Positions 1-9,440 of a DNA stretch of 64,000 nucleotides are shown here, in pieces. A model generated the notes under the pieces. That model did not search any database and was not told where the DNA came from. It saw only the letters and a program-made list of their open reading frames with translations. Numbering within the stretch: the first letter of the stretch is position 1; the number at the start of each line of letters is the position of its first letter. The stretch comes from a virus (taxonomy: Duplodnaviria; Caudoviricetes). The stretch covers positions 22,434 through 86,433 of the IMG/VR virus record IMGVR_UViG_3300030330_000562; one strand, 5' to 3'. The position numbers were made by a program, and so were the translations under genes.

Positions 1-1
1 T

Positions 2-175
2 TTACGAGGTCAAGTTGCAAGATCTGGAGAAAATGTAGTTGATATAGAAGAGGCAACAGAAATAATATCTGATGTCTTTTTTAGACCTAAAGAAGAAACA
101 GCACGTAAAGATAGAAGAATTGATGCTGCAAAAGATATTTTACAAAGGTACAAAGAGGACAGGAGTCTTAAATAA
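2..175 (+). CDS. 3' end of a virion protein with a possible phage tail lysozyme-like C-terminus (partial, genome copy A)
   Basis: Frame +2 is open from the window edge to TAA at 173-175, which overlaps the next ATG. The translation ...EEATEIISDVFFRPKEETARKDRRIDAA resembles the E-A...F-x-RP...R C-terminus of Phage_lysozyme2-like domains. Confidence 0.45.
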   Translation, partial: LRGQVARSGENVVDIEEATEIISDVFFRPKEETARKDRRIDAAKDILQRYKEDRSLK

Positions 176-696
176 TGTTAATGTTTGAAAGACCTATACC
201 AGGCCAGTCATTGACTGCAGAACCAAAGAGCCAAGCTTTTGAAAGACCTCCAGAGATAACTGATCCTATCGAAGCTTTAGATGCACACATGGATAATCTT
301 GCTAGAGAAGGTGCAATGGAAGATGCACTATACTTTTTAGAGTTTGGTGTAGATCTGGTAACACTAGTTCAAGGTATACTTCGTGGTGCTGTAATGGAAG
401 GTATACATAGTATTGATGTAAGTCTTATCATCGCACCTGTATTACACGAACATATAAAGGGTTTTGCTGATGCATCTGGAGTAGAGTATAACGAGGGTTT
501 TGAAAACGAAGAGGGTAAGAAAGCATTGTCTTACAGGCGTGATGTAGCTAGGGCAAAAGAAATGTTAAAACAAATAAAAGAAGAAGATGCTCCTAGCCCA
601 GACTCTTTTGTTCCAGAGCCTATGGAAGAACCAGAACCAGAGCCTGAGATAGAAGAACAAGAACCAGTTCAAACTGGTCTAATGGCGAGGATGTAA
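175..696 (+). CDS. Conserved virion-associated protein (copy A)
   Basis: 173 aa. Clear homolog of 57881..58375 (RPIPGQSLTAEP, FERPPEI, TGLMARM). Lies in the internal virion protein cluster. Confidence 0.8.
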   Translation: MLMFERPIPGQSLTAEPKSQAFERPPEITDPIEALDAHMDNLAREGAMEDALYFLEFGVDLVTLVQGILRGAVMEGIHSIDVSLIIAPVLHEHIKGFADASGVEYNEGFENEEGKKALSYRRDVARAKEMLKQIKEEDAPSPDSFVPEPMEEPEPEPEIEEQEPVQTGLMARM

Positions 697-698
697 CT

Positions 699-1661
699 AT
701 GGGTGTTGCTAGAGGAATACTTAATTATTTAGAAGATGTAGATGCAGCTCGGGCTGTAGAAAAGAAAAAACAAGATGAGCGAGAAGCTCTAGCTTTTGAG
801 TTAGAGATGAAGTATGGTAGTAACTTTTTAGCTCCCTCTAAAAAAGGTAAAGATACAGGTACATCTTCTAGGACAGCTGTCGCTGCATTGATGAAAACAT
901 ACAATGTTAGTGAAGAAGCACTTGCGCCTATCTTAGCTAGTGGTGATAAAACAGCGGCACCTAGATTATTAAATATATTAGAGAAACAGAAATTAAAATA
1001 TGGAGGTGAAGGATTAATTTTACCTGAAGATGTTGTATCAGGTATAATTGAAGATGCTGTGATAACTCAGTCAGCTACAAGGGAAATAGATTTTTCTAGG
1101 CTAGAAGACTTTATTGGTCGTGAGATGGATTCATTGTATAAGGATCTCTTAAAGTCACAGTCAAAAGATCCTGGAGCTGTGTTCTTTCCTGAACCTGTTT
1201 TTGTGGAGAGACCATCTTTAGAAGATCTAGATAGGTTTGAGAAGAGAGCAATTGCAGGTAATCTAACTCGTGCTCAAGATGAATTAAATATGGTTATGAA
1301 TAAAATAGCTGAGTTTAATTCTTTAGATGAAGGTGGTAATCTTACAACAGATCAGATAGCTGAACGTGCTTGGTTGACTGACAGAAAAGTTGAAATTGAA
1401 ACTGCTGTAAAATCTTTTGAAGATGATAACGTAGTGCCAATAGCAGGTTTATATGGAACAGCTTATACTAGAACATTACAACAACTCTATCCTAAGTATG
1501 AAGATGCTTATCTTAATCCTGCACTATTAAATGCCTCTAGTAAAGATATTACTGTTCCTAATAGAGCAGTTGCTGAAAGTTTAGCTGCAGCTGGAATATT
1601 AAAAGAAGGCGATGTTGTAATTAATGGGCAGACTGGTAAGAAAATTAGAATTGGTGGCTAA
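699..1661 (+). CDS. Putative internal virion/ejection protein (copy A)
   Basis: 320 aa, largely helical. Syntenic with 58378..59235 but only weakly similar. Confidence 0.6.
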   Translation: MGVARGILNYLEDVDAARAVEKKKQDEREALAFELEMKYGSNFLAPSKKGKDTGTSSRTAVAALMKTYNVSEEALAPILASGDKTAAPRLLNILEKQKLKYGGEGLILPEDVVSGIIEDAVITQSATREIDFSRLEDFIGREMDSLYKDLLKSQSKDPGAVFFPEPVFVERPSLEDLDRFEKRAIAGNLTRAQDELNMVMNKIAEFNSLDEGGNLTTDQIAERAWLTDRKVEIETAVKSFEDDNVVPIAGLYGTAYTRTLQQLYPKYEDAYLNPALLNASSKDITVPNRAVAESLAAAGILKEGDVVINGQTGKKIRIGG

Positions 1662-4600
1662 ATGGCAGAGCAATTTGAAGATCCAATAACTATAGGTGAT
1701 AAAAATTTTGAACCACCTATAGTTACAGAAGGAGACTTTGAAGAACCTATTGAACTAGACAGAGTTACTACTCAGTCTCCCATAGTTCCTCAAGGTATTG
1801 ACAACTCTTCCTATGTTGATCTAGAAAAAATTTTTGCAGACTATGGTCGTAAGCTAACTAAAGAAGACATCTTAAATGATGATCGTCTCATGGAAGTTAT
1901 TCGTTCTAGTTTAGAAGCTAGATTTACTCCAAGTGGTGTGCTCACTAAAGCTAGACGTGGTGTCACTGGTTTAGCAGGTGGTGCCATAGGTGGATTATCT
2001 TCTCAAGACTACCGTGAGATGAGTGACAATAAAGTTTTTGAGGTCTGGCAGAACTATCAAAGATCTTTTGCTGGGGGTCAGACAGTTACGACAGGTAACG
2101 AGATAGCCTATGGTATGTCATCAGATGATAATACTAAGGTAAAACTTGGGGCAGGTTATCTTTTATTCGACCAAATGGACAATGCTTTTACAGGCGAAGG
2201 TTCTTGGTCAGAGATGGGTGATGCTATTTGGGACTACAGTAAGTCTGCTGTTTATGACCCATCAACAATACTTTCTTTAGGTTTAGGTAAACTATTTGGT
2301 TTTGGTGCAACTAAAGCAAGCGGTGCAGTAGCACGTAACCTTATGGTCAAGGCTTATCAAGAACAGGTTAAAAGAGGTGTAGGTAAACAGACAGCTCTAG
2401 CCAGTGTAGGCAAAGCAGTTGCCACTACTCTACCATATGCCACAGCAGATGCTATAATAGGTGCAGGTGTAGATGTATTGTATCAAACCCAACTTATTGA
2501 TGTAGGTGTTCAGAAAGAATATTCAGCTGCTCAAACAGCGATTGCATCGGCAGGTGCTCTTGTTGTTATACCTACATTAAAAACAGTAGGTGCATCTATC
2601 AAAGAGTTTCGTAAAAGTGAGATAGCACCACAGTTTTTAGCATATAAAGAGTTCGATGAGAACGTTCTTAAAATAAGTTTAGAAGATGCTAAGAAAGCAC
2701 TTCGTAAACGAGTTAAAAAGAAAGTTCTCATTGATTCCGTTGACGAGAACTTTGGTTTAATAAAAGGCAATACAAAAGATTTTTTAGCTTGGCCTAAGTT
2801 TAGAGAAAAGGCAAAAGAACGTGTTGCAGTTCGTGGTGAAAAATATACAGATGACGAAGTGACAAATGCTTTCTTTCAATACTTCTTTTTAGGAAATCCA
2901 GATGGTAAAACAAAAGGTTATTATCAAGCTTTAAAAGAAGCAGGGTTTGTTGTTCACGAATCTATGTTAGAAGAAGTAAATAAAAAGACTGGTAGAAGCA
3001 TTGGCATATCAGGTGTATTTGGTCAAAGTATTAAATTTCTTTCAGTACCTAAAGTTAAACAGATAGTTAAAAAGTTTGAGAAAGATACTGGATATAAACT
3101 AAGGTTTATGGATGAGGACGGTATTGTTATAACTGGAGATAACGTTACACCAGTAAGTCTTGCCTCACACTTTGCACGTCAAGCAAGTCTTGCAGGTGAA
3201 AGCTTGTGGCTACCATCTCACCTTAGTCGTTTAGAAAAAGCTGGAGTAGATATTAAAGATGCTGTAGCAATCGCAGGTGGTAATGCTAAACTAGCTGATG
3301 AACCTAAACGATTACAATATACCATGTCTGTTTATAAAAGACTTCTTACATCTCACTTAGCTACAACTGGTGCAAACGTAAAAGGTTTTACACAGCTTGT
3401 AAGTATTAACAGTCTTGCAGATTTTTTTACAGCTGCTGTTAATCTTGGTCAAGCACGTTTAGCTAAACGTGCAGGTGATATAGAGTCTGCAGAAAAATTT
3501 ATGAATAGATCCTATGGCTCTGCAGTTGGTGCTATCCGTAGAGGAGTTGATGTATTATCTCCAGACATATCTATGGAGTACGCTGACAAAATACTTTCCT
3601 TAAATCCAGAGGTTGCTTCAAAATTATTTAGAGATGTTTCTGGTGATGGTGGTGTGCGTGATGCTTTATCTGATTTTAATTTAGATAAGATTAAACGTAA
3701 ACCAGGCAGTGTTCTTGAAGGATCAGAAGAAGCAGAGATGCTAGCGTTTAGAGGCATTGATGCTGTAACCAAAGGTGCTCAAACATTAACCATGGTTAGG
3801 CTACAAGATGAGCTAACTAAGATATGGTCTTTTGGTACGAACCTAAATCAGGCAATCATGCGTGAATATGGCATGACATTTGAGAAGTTTTTTGATCCTG
3901 CTAAAGCTGCTGACACTGCACTTGAAATGTCATCTGATAGATTTCAAAAAAATGTTTTAGATAAAGCAGTGTTTCGTACACTAAGAGAAACAGCTTCTGT
4001 CAATTGGTCCACACTTCCAGGAAAAGAATCTTTAATCTCTGCTAGAACTTGGGCAAAGAGTGTTGAAGCATTTACAAACAAAACTCCTTTGGGTTTTATA
4101 GTACCTTTTGGTAGCTTCTTAAATACTACAGTAGCAACCATGGCTGACTTAATTGGTATAAATGCCATGAGGTTTGCAGTTAAAAAGATGACAGGTCAAG
4201 AGTTAGACTTTGCAACTCGTGAGGGTGCAGAGGCACTAGGTAAAATGGCAGCAGGTTGGTCTCTAATTGCAACAGGTATTTATGTAACAGGTGGTGCTAA
4301 AGATAGAATAGAAAACAACCTAGCTTACAACCAAGATATGCAACCTGATGGTAGTATTCAAGATAGAAAATATGATTGGCCTGTCTCAACTATGAGACTC
4401 TTATCTCAGATAGGTGCACATGGCTTAGGTGTAGATAATAATTGGGAATGGAGTGAAGTTCCTACAGATCTTTGGAAAGAATTAGCAGTTCAAGTTGGTG
4501 GACAAGCTGTAAGAGATCTAGATGCTACGGGTCAAACTATTGTTTACGCAAGTGAACAAGCTCTAGAAGGTAATTTTCAACCTTTAGAAGATATGTTTGG

Positions 4601-5309
4601 TGGGGCCACAGCTAGAATTACTCAAGGTGCAACAAGACCACTAGATCCTATCAATCAAGTTTGGGGTATGGTATCTGATGTTAATCTAAATCCTGATAGA
4701 AGACAGGGTGCAGAAACTCAGAATCAAATGCTTCGTTATATTGATAATGTACTTGGTAATACAAAAGAGGGTATGCCAAGACGTGCTACTCCAACAAGAG
4801 GTAGACAGTTTGTCCCAGATATAGGAAAACAAATACTTGGAAATAGAACACTTCAAGTTCCTAATCTAATAGAGAAGATGATGAATGCTGCAGGTAGACC
4901 GTACTGGAAGTCAATACGTTTTGATGGACCTGCAGAGATTAAAAATAAAATGGACGCATTGGCAGCTCCGTTCTTTGAGACAAGAGCTTTAGAGTATTTA
5001 AAAAAGAATCCAGATTATTTTAGATTACCGTTAAAAGATAAACAAAAGATATTAGATACAATATCTACAAAAGTTAAACAAGATGTAACCGACATTGTAA
5101 AAACAGGTATGCCTAAAAGTATAAATGTTTTAAGAACTCTTTCAGGTAAAAATAAAAAAGAAGTTAGAAACGTCATGAAGTTTCTAGGTATCGAAGGTAG
5201 TATAGAGGACTTATTAAAAGAGGAGGATGGTCTCCAACAACTGTTACGAATACAAAGTCTAGTTGATAGCTACGATGATATATTCTATGGAGATCTAGAC
5301 TTAGACTAA
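1662..5309 (+). CDS. Large internal virion/ejection protein (copy A)
   Basis: 1215 aa. Last gene of the structural arm before the terminator, in the position typical of T7 gp16-like proteins. Distant homolog of 59247..62759 (RLLTSH..T..N, PFG.F.N.T.A, KYD.PVS). Confidence 0.7.
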   Translation: MAEQFEDPITIGDKNFEPPIVTEGDFEEPIELDRVTTQSPIVPQGIDNSSYVDLEKIFADYGRKLTKEDILNDDRLMEVIRSSLEARFTPSGVLTKARRGVTGLAGGAIGGLSSQDYREMSDNKVFEVWQNYQRSFAGGQTVTTGNEIAYGMSSDDNTKVKLGAGYLLFDQMDNAFTGEGSWSEMGDAIWDYSKSAVYDPSTILSLGLGKLFGFGATKASGAVARNLMVKAYQEQVKRGVGKQTALASVGKAVATTLPYATADAIIGAGVDVLYQTQLIDVGVQKEYSAAQTAIASAGALVVIPTLKTVGASIKEFRKSEIAPQFLAYKEFDENVLKISLEDAKKALRKRVKKKVLIDSVDENFGLIKGNTKDFLAWPKFREKAKERVAVRGEKYTDDEVTNAFFQYFFLGNPDGKTKGYYQALKEAGFVVHESMLEEVNKKTGRSIGISGVFGQSIKFLSVPKVKQIVKKFEKDTGYKLRFMDEDGIVITGDNVTPVSLASHFARQASLAGESLWLPSHLSRLEKAGVDIKDAVAIAGGNAKLADEPKRLQYTMSVYKRLLTSHLATTGANVKGFTQLVSINSLADFFTAAVNLGQARLAKRAGDIESAEKFMNRSYGSAVGAIRRGVDVLSPDISMEYADKILSLNPEVASKLFRDVSGDGGVRDALSDFNLDKIKRKPGSVLEGSEEAEMLAFRGIDAVTKGAQTLTMVRLQDELTKIWSFGTNLNQAIMREYGMTFEKFFDPAKAADTALEMSSDRFQKNVLDKAVFRTLRETASVNWSTLPGKESLISARTWAKSVEAFTNKTPLGFIVPFGSFLNTTVATMADLIGINAMRFAVKKMTGQELDFATREGAEALGKMAAGWSLIATGIYVTGGAKDRIENNLAYNQDMQPDGSIQDRKYDWPVSTMRLLSQIGAHGLGVDNNWEWSEVPTDLWKELAVQVGGQAVRDLDATGQTIVYASEQALEGNFQPLEDMFGGATARITQGATRPLDPINQVWGMVSDVNLNPDRRQGAETQNQMLRYIDNVLGNTKEGMPRRATPTRGRQFVPDIGKQILGNRTLQVPNLIEKMMNAAGRPYWKSIRFDGPAEIKNKMDALAAPFFETRALEYLKKNPDYFRLPLKDKQKILDTISTKVKQDVTDIVKTGMPKSINVLRTLSGKNKKEVRNVMKFLGIEGSIEDLLKEEDGLQQLLRIQSLVDSYDDIFYGDLDLD

Positions 5310-5312
5310 AAC

Positions 5313-5341
5313 AAAAGGGGGCTAAACGCCCCCTCTTTTTT
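5313..5341. terminator. Bidirectional rho-independent terminator between the two arms
   Basis: AAAAGGGGGC-TAAAC-GCCCCCTCTTTTTT: GC stem with an A-tract on one side and a T-tract on the other, between convergent genes. Repeated at 62763..62789. Confidence 0.9.
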
Positions 5342-5588
5342 ATGTATCATCTTCTAACATATAGTCTGCCCAATCAAAAGATGCTTTCTTAATTTCTTGC
5401 ATTCTCCAAGTCTGTCTACCTGATGAGATAAAACCACCCATAGCTTGACCTGCTAAGTATAAACGAGGTGTTAATTCTTTTACCTTAGCAGGTTTACGTT
5501 TTTGTTGAGCAAACTTTTTAGCTTCTTCTTCGAGACTCTTTGTCAAGTACTTGCTCCTTGTTTTTGAAGTAGGCTTTGTTAAAGCCAA
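5340..5588 (-). CDS. Hypothetical protein
   Basis: 82 aa. Conserved with few substitutions at 62788..63036. Start codon uncertain (TTG, overlapping the upstream gene). Confidence 0.65.
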   Translation of the reverse strand: MALTKPTSKTRSKYLTKSLEEEAKKFAQQKRKPAKVKELTPRLYLAGQAMGGFISSGRQTWRMQEIKKASFDWADYMLEDDT

Positions 5589-5724
5589 ACTCCCAGTCCC
5601 TATGATCTTTTGTATTTTGAGGATAGGGATTAGTTAGGTTTCCTACTAAGAAACCTCTGTAGCCTTGATTAAACGGCTTGGCTACTTTCGCTTTTGTAGT
5701 TGTACTAGTGCGCTTAGATACCAT
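5518..5724 (-). CDS. Small protein with a ribosome modulation factor-like motif
   Basis: GY..F..G...NPY......W..GF pattern resembles phage RMF-like proteins. Conserved in copy B. Confidence 0.5.
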   Translation of the reverse strand: MVSKRTSTTTKAKVAKPFNQGYRGFLVGNLTNPYPQNTKDHRDWEFGFNKAYFKNKEQVLDKESRRRS

Positions 5725-5990
5725 TGTGCTTTCTCCAAATCTTGTACACCATTTTTATATCGCCATCTGTGGAGATACTTTGCAATATTACCTCTATAGT
5801 AACCTGTTAGCTCTTCATCTGTCAAGAAGTCTTCTATATACTTAATACATTCTATTGTGCCTTGACCATAGTGTTGAGGCTTTTTTACTGGATCATAGTC
5901 ATTACCCATAGTCAGTGTTGTAGGACTATCGTCAGTTATAGTTACAGTATCTTTAGATAACTCTGCTATCGCATCATCAAAATTTATCAT
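5682..5990 (-). CDS. DUF3310 family (T7 gp1.7-like nucleotide kinase-related) protein
   Basis: V.KPQHY..G.IECI.YI...GYYRGNIAKYL.RWRYKNGVQDLEKA.WYL signature. Confidence 0.85.
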   Translation of the reverse strand: MINFDDAIAELSKDTVTITDDSPTTLTMGNDYDPVKKPQHYGQGTIECIKYIEDFLTDEELTGYYRGNIAKYLHRWRYKNGVQDLEKAQWYLSALVQLQKRK

Positions 5991-6433
5991 AAGTTTATTA
6001 ACTCCGCTTCTTGGTATGGAATGTGAAAGAATGTTTCACCCTTTGGGATTCTCCTGCCGACAGCAACCTTGAGTGTATCATCTGTCATAAGAGTATCCTT
6101 TATACGCCATGCTTTGTCCATAAATTTATTTAAGACGTAAAAGTTTAACACTCCATTTTGATCTTTATATTTTTCTACGAGTCTCCTTTTTCTTCCTGGG
6201 ATTCTAATCTCAGCCCAATGCTCAGGCCATTCATCTTTCCAAGATGACTTAACTTCTACTTCATTAAAATAGGTAAACCCATCTTTCGTAGAAACTATAT
6301 CAGCATCAAAAGTTTCTTTGTCCTTAACAATAGTGTGTCCTTTTGATATCAGATAATCTGACAGAGTTTTCTTTGATGGCTCATCTACCAGATCATAAAT
6401 ATCTTTTCTAAAAGGTCTAACGTGAACTTGCAT
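5987..6433 (-). CDS. Putative PD-(D/E)XK nuclease-fold protein
   Basis: D(A)DIV...EVEVK motif, 148 aa. Confidence 0.5.
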   Translation of the reverse strand: MQVHVRPFRKDIYDLVDEPSKKTLSDYLISKGHTIVKDKETFDADIVSTKDGFTYFNEVEVKSSWKDEWPEHWAEIRIPGRKRRLVEKYKDQNGVLNFYVLNKFMDKAWRIKDTLMTDDTLKVAVGRRIPKGETFFHIPYQEAELINL

Positions 6434-6434
6434 A

Positions 6435-8336
6435 TTATGCTCCTATGTCTACTATTTCACAAACGTCACCAGTACAAGCAAGAGTTTGGCTGCTTGCAGT
6501 AGTATCTTCTTTTTCATACTCTGAAAGCTTTGCCCAGTCAATACTTTTTGGCATTATTTTTGATAATTTTTTATAATCGTCTTTTGTGCAACTTTGGTAT
6601 GGTGCTTGCTGATAAGTATGTTCGTTATAAGGTAAAAAACTTACTCCAGACATCTCATCAAAATGCTCGTAAACAAATGCACCTACTTCAAACCATTCAT
6701 CCTTTCTCACATTAATTGTTACGCTAGGTTTATGCTCACACCAATGTCTTTGATACACTAACCAAGTTTTTAATTGTTGGATAGCTGAGACATTGTCAGT
6801 GACTACTGCTCCTTGAGGAGCTTTAACTGGAAATGAAAACACAGTTGTTTGATCTGGCTTCATGAAGTCAGCTTCATTAGGGATACCTTGATCTTTCATA
6901 AACTGTGTGAGTGGGTCTTTGTTATCTCCTCTAACGGTTCTAATGTAATGATGTGAATGACGTGCATGGATTCCAGAGGCAGAGTCAACTAATTGTGATA
7001 CTGTGCCTGATGGTTTGACACACGTAATTGCTGCGCTTGGTGTAATGCCAAGGCGGTCAGCCCAAGCAGTATTAGTATAAATAGCAACTTCTCGTAAATG
7101 TTCAAGAGTATTCTCCAATCCTTTGTTTTTAAGTGTTAGTAATGGGTTATCCATTATCCCTGTGAGAGACACACCGAGCAGTCGTTCTTCTTCGGTATTT
7201 CGCTGCCACACCTTTCGCAGATATGGGAATTTTGTGAACGTGCTTTGGATCGTCCCAAGTATTGTGGCACATCTGACCTTTCGCTCCAAGTCTTCAATCG
7301 TATCAGTGGCTCGTACAACAACCTCTGTAAGATTACAGAATTGGTAAGGTCTAAGAATAATTTCACTGCACGGATTGGTGCCAAACTCAAAGTCAGGATC
7401 ACGCCTGTTGTTTTTTGCAGCTTGTTTTTTAGATGCTTCCCTATTAAATACACCTCGTTCTCCACTTCCTGATTCTACTAATGCTAACCACTCTCGCATA
7501 AATGATACGCTGTCTGGTTTTTCTGTATAAGCTACAGAGTTATTTGCCAAAGCTCTTTGTGGATTGTTGTCCCACCAGTTACCTGATTTAGCATGGCGCA
7601 TTCTGTCATCTGATAGATTAGATAAACTTATCATTGCAGATCTTCGAACACCACCTACTACTACAACCTCACCAATCTTACACATCAGATCGTGACACTC
7701 AATTGATGATAGCCTACGTCCTTGTGCCTCCTTGAATATACTCACCGCAAAGTTGAATAAGTCAACCAATGGTGCAGGGCCAGATGCTCTACCACCGAAG
7801 GTTTTAAGTCTTGCACCTGCAGGACGAACTTTAGAGACATCCCACTTGGAGATCTCACCTGCCCAAAGAAGAGCTAGCAATTGTCTGAACGCCTTAGCCC
7901 AGCCTTCCTTACTGTCCTTTACCACAATGGTAGTATCACTCTCGAAGAGTTCTGGAACCTCTGGGAGCTTAGAGATGAACTGACGCTCGACACTGAAGCC
8001 GACACCAGTACCACAGAGCAGAATGAACATAGCTTCGTCAAAGGACTTTGGATCATCTACGGGTAAATAACTACAGTTATACCCTGCTGTATTATCTCTT
8101 TCTAAAGCTGGACCTGCAGTCATCATGGCTCGCATAGAAGGCATAACTTCTAGTCCTAATATAGATGCTCTTATTTCGTTGTATACATCGTGGTCGATGT
8201 CATAGCCCACAACGTTATGCATGTAGCGATCTACAGTCTCTGACCAAGACTCACGTCTTCCATCTTTTTCAAGCCAACGAGCATATCGTGAAGTATGTAT
8301 AAAAGCTTGATAATCAGTTGGTAAATAGTTATTCAT
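6435..8336 (-). CDS. nrdJ: Class II (adenosylcobalamin-dependent) ribonucleotide reductase
   Basis: GYNCSY, GGVRRSAMISLS, TNPCSEIIL, FCNLTEVV and TCVKPSGTVSQL motifs, plus a C-terminal Cys pair (ACTGDVC). No class I beta subunit gene in the window. Confidence 0.93.
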   Translation of the reverse strand: MNNYLPTDYQAFIHTSRYARWLEKDGRRESWSETVDRYMHNVVGYDIDHDVYNEIRASILGLEVMPSMRAMMTAGPALERDNTAGYNCSYLPVDDPKSFDEAMFILLCGTGVGFSVERQFISKLPEVPELFESDTTIVVKDSKEGWAKAFRQLLALLWAGEISKWDVSKVRPAGARLKTFGGRASGPAPLVDLFNFAVSIFKEAQGRRLSSIECHDLMCKIGEVVVVGGVRRSAMISLSNLSDDRMRHAKSGNWWDNNPQRALANNSVAYTEKPDSVSFMREWLALVESGSGERGVFNREASKKQAAKNNRRDPDFEFGTNPCSEIILRPYQFCNLTEVVVRATDTIEDLERKVRCATILGTIQSTFTKFPYLRKVWQRNTEEERLLGVSLTGIMDNPLLTLKNKGLENTLEHLREVAIYTNTAWADRLGITPSAAITCVKPSGTVSQLVDSASGIHARHSHHYIRTVRGDNKDPLTQFMKDQGIPNEADFMKPDQTTVFSFPVKAPQGAVVTDNVSAIQQLKTWLVYQRHWCEHKPSVTINVRKDEWFEVGAFVYEHFDEMSGVSFLPYNEHTYQQAPYQSCTKDDYKKLSKIMPKSIDWAKLSEYEKEDTTASSQTLACTGDVCEIVDIGA

Positions 8337-8689
8337 CTGTTGTCTCCTGATCCAGATATTACACCACGTTTTTTTCTGTCTTGTAGCTTACTAAGATTAG
8401 TTTTAGCTATATCATTCATACTAACATTTAGATCTCTACACAATGCGGCAATGTACCACAGACAATCTCCAATCTCGTCAGCTATAGCTTTACGATCAAA
8501 GTCACCATCACGTAAGATCTTTTTTACTTTGTTTGCAACTTCACCTGCTTCTGCAGCTAATCCAAGTGCAGGATAAATAACAGCATGTTTTTTACTATAA
8601 ATGGCAGTTTCAGCGGCAAGCTTTTGAAAATCATCCATATCCATTGAGTTATAATATTTAAAAGGTTCTATATTAGTTTCATTAATCAC
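8333..8689 (-). CDS. mazG: MazG-like nucleotide pyrophosphohydrolase
   Basis: LGLAAEAGEVANKVKK...EIGDCLWYIA...N.SKL.DR motif. Confidence 0.9.
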   Translation of the reverse strand: MINETNIEPFKYYNSMDMDDFQKLAAETAIYSKKHAVIYPALGLAAEAGEVANKVKKILRDGDFDRKAIADEIGDCLWYIAALCRDLNVSMNDIAKTNLSKLQDRKKRGVISGSGDNR

Positions 8690-8840
8690 GGTTTACCTCA
8701 CACTCTTCTACTATAATATCATCTATATCATACAAACTTGTCATAAGTAAATCTTGTATGACCTCACAATTGTCTCCGAACGTTTCTAAAAAGTTGGCCT
8801 CTGGGTCAACTATTATTCTTAAAGATATTTCAAACTCCAT
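8682..8840 (-). CDS. Small acidic hypothetical protein (not in the ORF track)
   Basis: Translated by hand as MEFEISLRIIVDPEANFLETFGDNCEVIQDLLMTSLYDIDDIIVEECEVNRD (52 aa). Fills the gap between two genes and overlaps the mazG start. Confidence 0.6.
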   Translation of the reverse strand: MEFEISLRIIVDPEANFLETFGDNCEVIQDLLMTSLYDIDDIIVEECEVNRD

Positions 8841-8851
8841 CGGAAAGACCC

Positions 8852-9091
8852 CTAGTTATACTCAGGAGTATCAGGCATGTCAACAACTAACGGTTCGATA
8901 TTTTTAAGAAAATACTTTTTCCATTCATATGCAGAATCAAAATCATCAAACCAAAAATTATCTTCACCCATTACACCATCTATCTCTGATTTACAAACAA
9001 GAAAATAATTAGATCCTGTCGGTGCATCACTATCTTCTACATCTTCTACTGCTATTGGACCTTCCATAACACCCCACACTTTTACTTTCAT
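8852..9091 (-). CDS. Hypothetical protein
   Basis: 79 aa, co-oriented and tightly packed in the operon. Confidence 0.65.
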   Translation of the reverse strand: MKVKVWGVMEGPIAVEDVEDSDAPTGSNYFLVCKSEIDGVMGEDNFWFDDFDSAYEWKKYFLKNIEPLVVDMPDTPEYN

Positions 9092-9092
9092 A

Positions 9093-9434
9093 CTATTTCC
9101 AATTTCTTAATAAGTCCATGTAGTGCTCAAGACTTATCATTGTTATCCAGGACTTTCTATCAGCTCGAAAGAACACTACTGGTTCACCTTTCCCATGCTT
9201 ACTGGCTTGCTCCATGTAATCGTAGGCTGTTTTCATACCAGACTTTCTACGTTTAACTTCGATAGTTATTGGTAGCTTTTTTCTGGCTGCGGGAGATAGT
9301 TGAATATCTTCACCTGTGTCTCCCATAGTTGTAGACTTGATGTCATCTTCTTCAAACTCTGGAAATACTTCCAATAGTTTATCTCTGATTTCATTCTGTC
9401 CAGTTCTACCTTTTGCTTTAGCTGCTCTTGACAT
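9093..9434 (-). CDS. Putative Holliday junction resolvase (Hjc-like PD-(D/E)XK)
   Basis: KAKGR.GQ.E...G.DI.LS...IEVKRRK motif. Confidence 0.7.
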   Translation of the reverse strand: MSRAAKAKGRTGQNEIRDKLLEVFPEFEEDDIKSTTMGDTGEDIQLSPAARKKLPITIEVKRRKSGMKTAYDYMEQASKHGKGEPVVFFRADRKSWITMISLEHYMDLLRNWK

Positions 9435-9440
9435 GACTTA

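Noticed and set aside
5313-6600. Direct terminal repeat of a single genome
   Set aside because: The copies differ by many substitutions and a 48-bp indel, and the adjacent upstream genes are homologous but divergent. True terminal redundancy would be identical.
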